The notes below the pieces were generated by a model. That model did not search any database, had not been told where the DNA came from, and was given only the letters and a program-made list of their open reading frames with translations. Source: Vicugna vicugna (Eukaryota). From it: 64,000 nucleotides of DNA. The DNA lies in NCBI GenBank assembly GCA_013265495.1, contig MU058687.1, positions 1,426,001-1,490,000 of the forward strand, written 5' to 3'. The position numbers and the translations under genes were made by a program. Shown piece after piece: positions 61,211-64,000 of this stretch; position 1 is the stretch's first letter; the number at the start of each line of letters is the position of its first letter.

Positions 61211-63168
61211 ATAATGGTAAAGAATCATTATGCTCTACTGCCTTGCATGATGTATTAACCTTAAAAGACCAGGTAACTAGGTGGAAACCTTGTGTATGGA
61301 CGTGGGTGACAACTTGAGACCCCTGGACAGTGAACGGGTCTGGGAGGGTTAAGGCTTGGCAGTGGAGTCTGAGGAGACCATCTGGAGCACCTGACCTATG
61401 GGAGGAGGGAACAAGTTCCCAGGAGAGCTTTTTTCAGGACACCTGCCCCTGTGCCAGGGAGTGGGATAGGCCTGGGATACCCAAGCTGATTTGCGCAAGA
61501 GTCTCTGACAAGTAGAGAAAAGGTTGGTTCCAATGGTTTCTCTGCCTGTCTCTTAGCACCCCTTAATTCTCCTTTGCACAGATGTAACTGTTTAATTAAC
61601 TAGGTAATTATTCATTCACCATTGATTTGGACCAGCCTTGTTTGTGATTGTATTGCCACAGCCCTGCACATATAGATAATCAAATATTTGTTGAACAAAC
61701 AAATGAATGAATGAATGAATGCACATCCGGCCCTGTGGTCTAATGCATACTTTCAGTCAGAGCTCTTGGGGAAGGCTCTTGAAGGGGAGGGCACAGAAAT
61801 AACAAGCTGGCATTTGAGGAAGTATTTGAAAGGAAAGGCAGGCTTTAAAAAGGAGGAAGGAGAGGATTAGGGAGGTGTATTTAAGAGATAGAGAAACACT
61901 GGCGGGAGGCGAGGGTAGGGAATGTGGGCATAAAATCTGAAAGGGAGCCTGTGAGCCTGGCCAGGGCTACCAAAGAAGCCGTTGTCCCGGGGCCTCCCTC
62001 TGCAGGACGCGTGGCCTCCCTCAGAGCCTGGTCCTGAGGCCAACCCCCAGAAGTCTCCCTGTGCCTCAGTGAGTTCTGATTGTGAAGGTTTTCTCCTCAT
62101 TGCCCAAGGACGGCAGATCCCCCCAGGTTCTGAGTGTGGGAAATTTTTCTGGTTCCTGGGATGATCTTCTATGAGCTGGCCTAGGGACTCCCCCAGCCCA
62201 AGAACCGAGCTGGGAGAGTAGGGCTCTCTGGGAGGCACCCTTGGGCCAACTTAGGGCAGTGTGCTTAGGAAAGCAGGTGTCAAAACCCGGCCTGGATCAC
62301 CTGGAGCTGGAAGGGTTTTCCTAGAAGTGAAAATCCCCTCCCTCCCCCTGTACCAGGGCTCACACAACAGCCCAGTCATCGGGCGCCCTTGGCTCCTTCA
62401 ACACCTCACGCCACCACACCACCAAAACTGTTGAGTGTAAGAGGAAACACCACCTCCCGCAGAAAACCTAGGGGACTTTTTTTTCCTCTTCAATAAACAT
62501 TTGCTGAAATAACTTTTTATTGGTGGTTGTTTAAAAACGTATAGCATAAAAAGGGTTCTGAGAATTATTCCCATCATAACTTTTGTTCAGCTAGATCTGT
62601 GTCATCCGTGTAGGCCTCAATTTCCTCACCTATAAATTATGGCCCCTTCCTCACTTTAATTAATATCCTACAAGTGTGTGTGGTACAAGGAATGACTGAT
62701 CATTCCCTTCTGCTCAGCATCTGTTCAACACATCTTCTTTAAGCTACAAGAGCCCAGACTGCTTTTGACAGTATTGAGAATACAAAAGAAATTATTTTCT
62801 GGCCCCTGCCATCATTTATTTAAGTGCCCGTTAAATGCCAACCATAAAAGTCAGTGTATAGCATGTGCTAGACAAGTTTTGAAAATGTACCTCTACCTCT
62901 AAAGTAACTACAAGCACATTGGAATGACCATGCATATATGAAATAAAGAGAGCAACTTAAAATAGCATCTGATAAATTTTAGATGGGCAGAGAAGTGAAA
63001 GAGGGAGAAATTACTGTGGGTTTGACAGATCTAAGAAGACAACCTAGCAGTAGGGCTTGGGTTGGCTAAAACATAATGTTGATGGTGACAACGATGATGA
63101 ATGCAGCCACATTTACTGAATTCTTAGCATGTGGTAGGTATTGATTGGATGCGTTTTAAGTATCCCAT

Positions 63169-63445
63169 TTAGTGGGGAATTGGAGGTGAAGGAATAAATT
63201 AGGAATTCGGGATTTGCAGATACTAACTACTATATATAAAATCGATAAACAACAAGGTCCTACTGTATAGCACAGGGAACTATATTCAGTATCTTATAAT
63301 AGCCTATAATGAAAAAGAATATGAAAAGGAATATACATATATGTATAAGTGAATCACTATGTACACCAGAAATTAATGCATTATAAACTGTACTTCAATT
63401 TTTAAAAATTTAACATGTAAATATTTGCTAAGTTGTTAAAAAAGA
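63169..63445 (+). mobile_element. L1 3' end inserted into a MIR
   Basis: gataaacaacaaggtcctactgtatagcacagggaactatattcag... TSD aagtatcMcat at 63158-63168 and 63446-63456. MIR halves lie on both sides. Confidence 0.88.
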
Positions 63446-64000
63446 AAGTATCACATCAACCCTTTAATGTAGGTGCCATTATTGTCCCCATTTAGCAGAT
63501 GAGGAAACCAAGGTCCAAACATTTTATAGACGAATCTGACCAATCCATAGTTAACACCTTCTAGGTGTGGGGGGACAGAGATTAAGAAGAAAGGAAAGAG
63601 TGGAGAAGCAACATTCTGTGGGTGCTAAGTGGAACTATCTTTGTAGCATAATGTCTAGATTTTCAGGTTAAATGCCCTTTTTAAAAAATGACTCGAGGTT
63701 TCTTGAATATATATCCCTAAGGCGATAATGTACTTTGCAGATCTGAACATATACAGTGGACTCATCTCAGATCTTATTTCTCTGTTACTTTTGACTGTAC
63801 TGACAACTCATTTTGGCTTCCATGGCAGTGGGGAGGCCCACTCCTGTGTTAACGGAGAGGGGATTTGAGGAGCCTTGAGGTTCCATGTTTCTGTCTGTAC
63901 CTTCCTTTCTTCTATCTTCTGGAGTACTTTTTGTCTGCTAACTTCTTTGCCTCCTCTTCTATCCCCAGTTTGTTAATTATCAGCATCTCCCAAGACTGAA

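Noticed and set aside
1..64000. CRISPR array, operon or other prokaryote-style system
   Set aside because: No regularly spaced repeat-spacer array and no dense long ORFs. The window is mammalian repeat-rich DNA and most short ORFs in the track are chance frames.

Overview
Mammalian genomic DNA, most likely camelid (camel/llama/alpaca), judged from six copies of a tRNA-Ala-derived Vic-1-type SINE. I recognise no intact protein-coding gene; the window looks intergenic or intronic. The one clear gene-derived feature is a decayed processed pseudogene of glutamine synthetase (GLUL) on the minus strand (~22627-23962). It keeps the 5' UTR, an intronless disabled CDS, only ~115 nt of 3' UTR and a 29-nt poly(A). 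The rest is mostly transposon relics: L1 fragments (many with readable target-site duplications, TSDs), MIR, L2, MaLR/ERVL LTRs and Tigger/hAT MITEs. There are also microsatellites and a CpG-rich patch at ~6.5-6.9 kb. Points worth a second look: an ungapped 51-bp inverted repeat at 33138-33270; a 19/20 inverted match between the pseudogene 3' UTR and its flank; a fold-back inversion on a tiny L1 insertion; a nested L1-in-L1 with both TSDs; and a compact YY1/E2F/E-box cluster. I found no evidence for a novel multi-gene biological system. Repeat family names come from my recall of consensus sequences, not a database search, and boundaries without TSDs are approximate.
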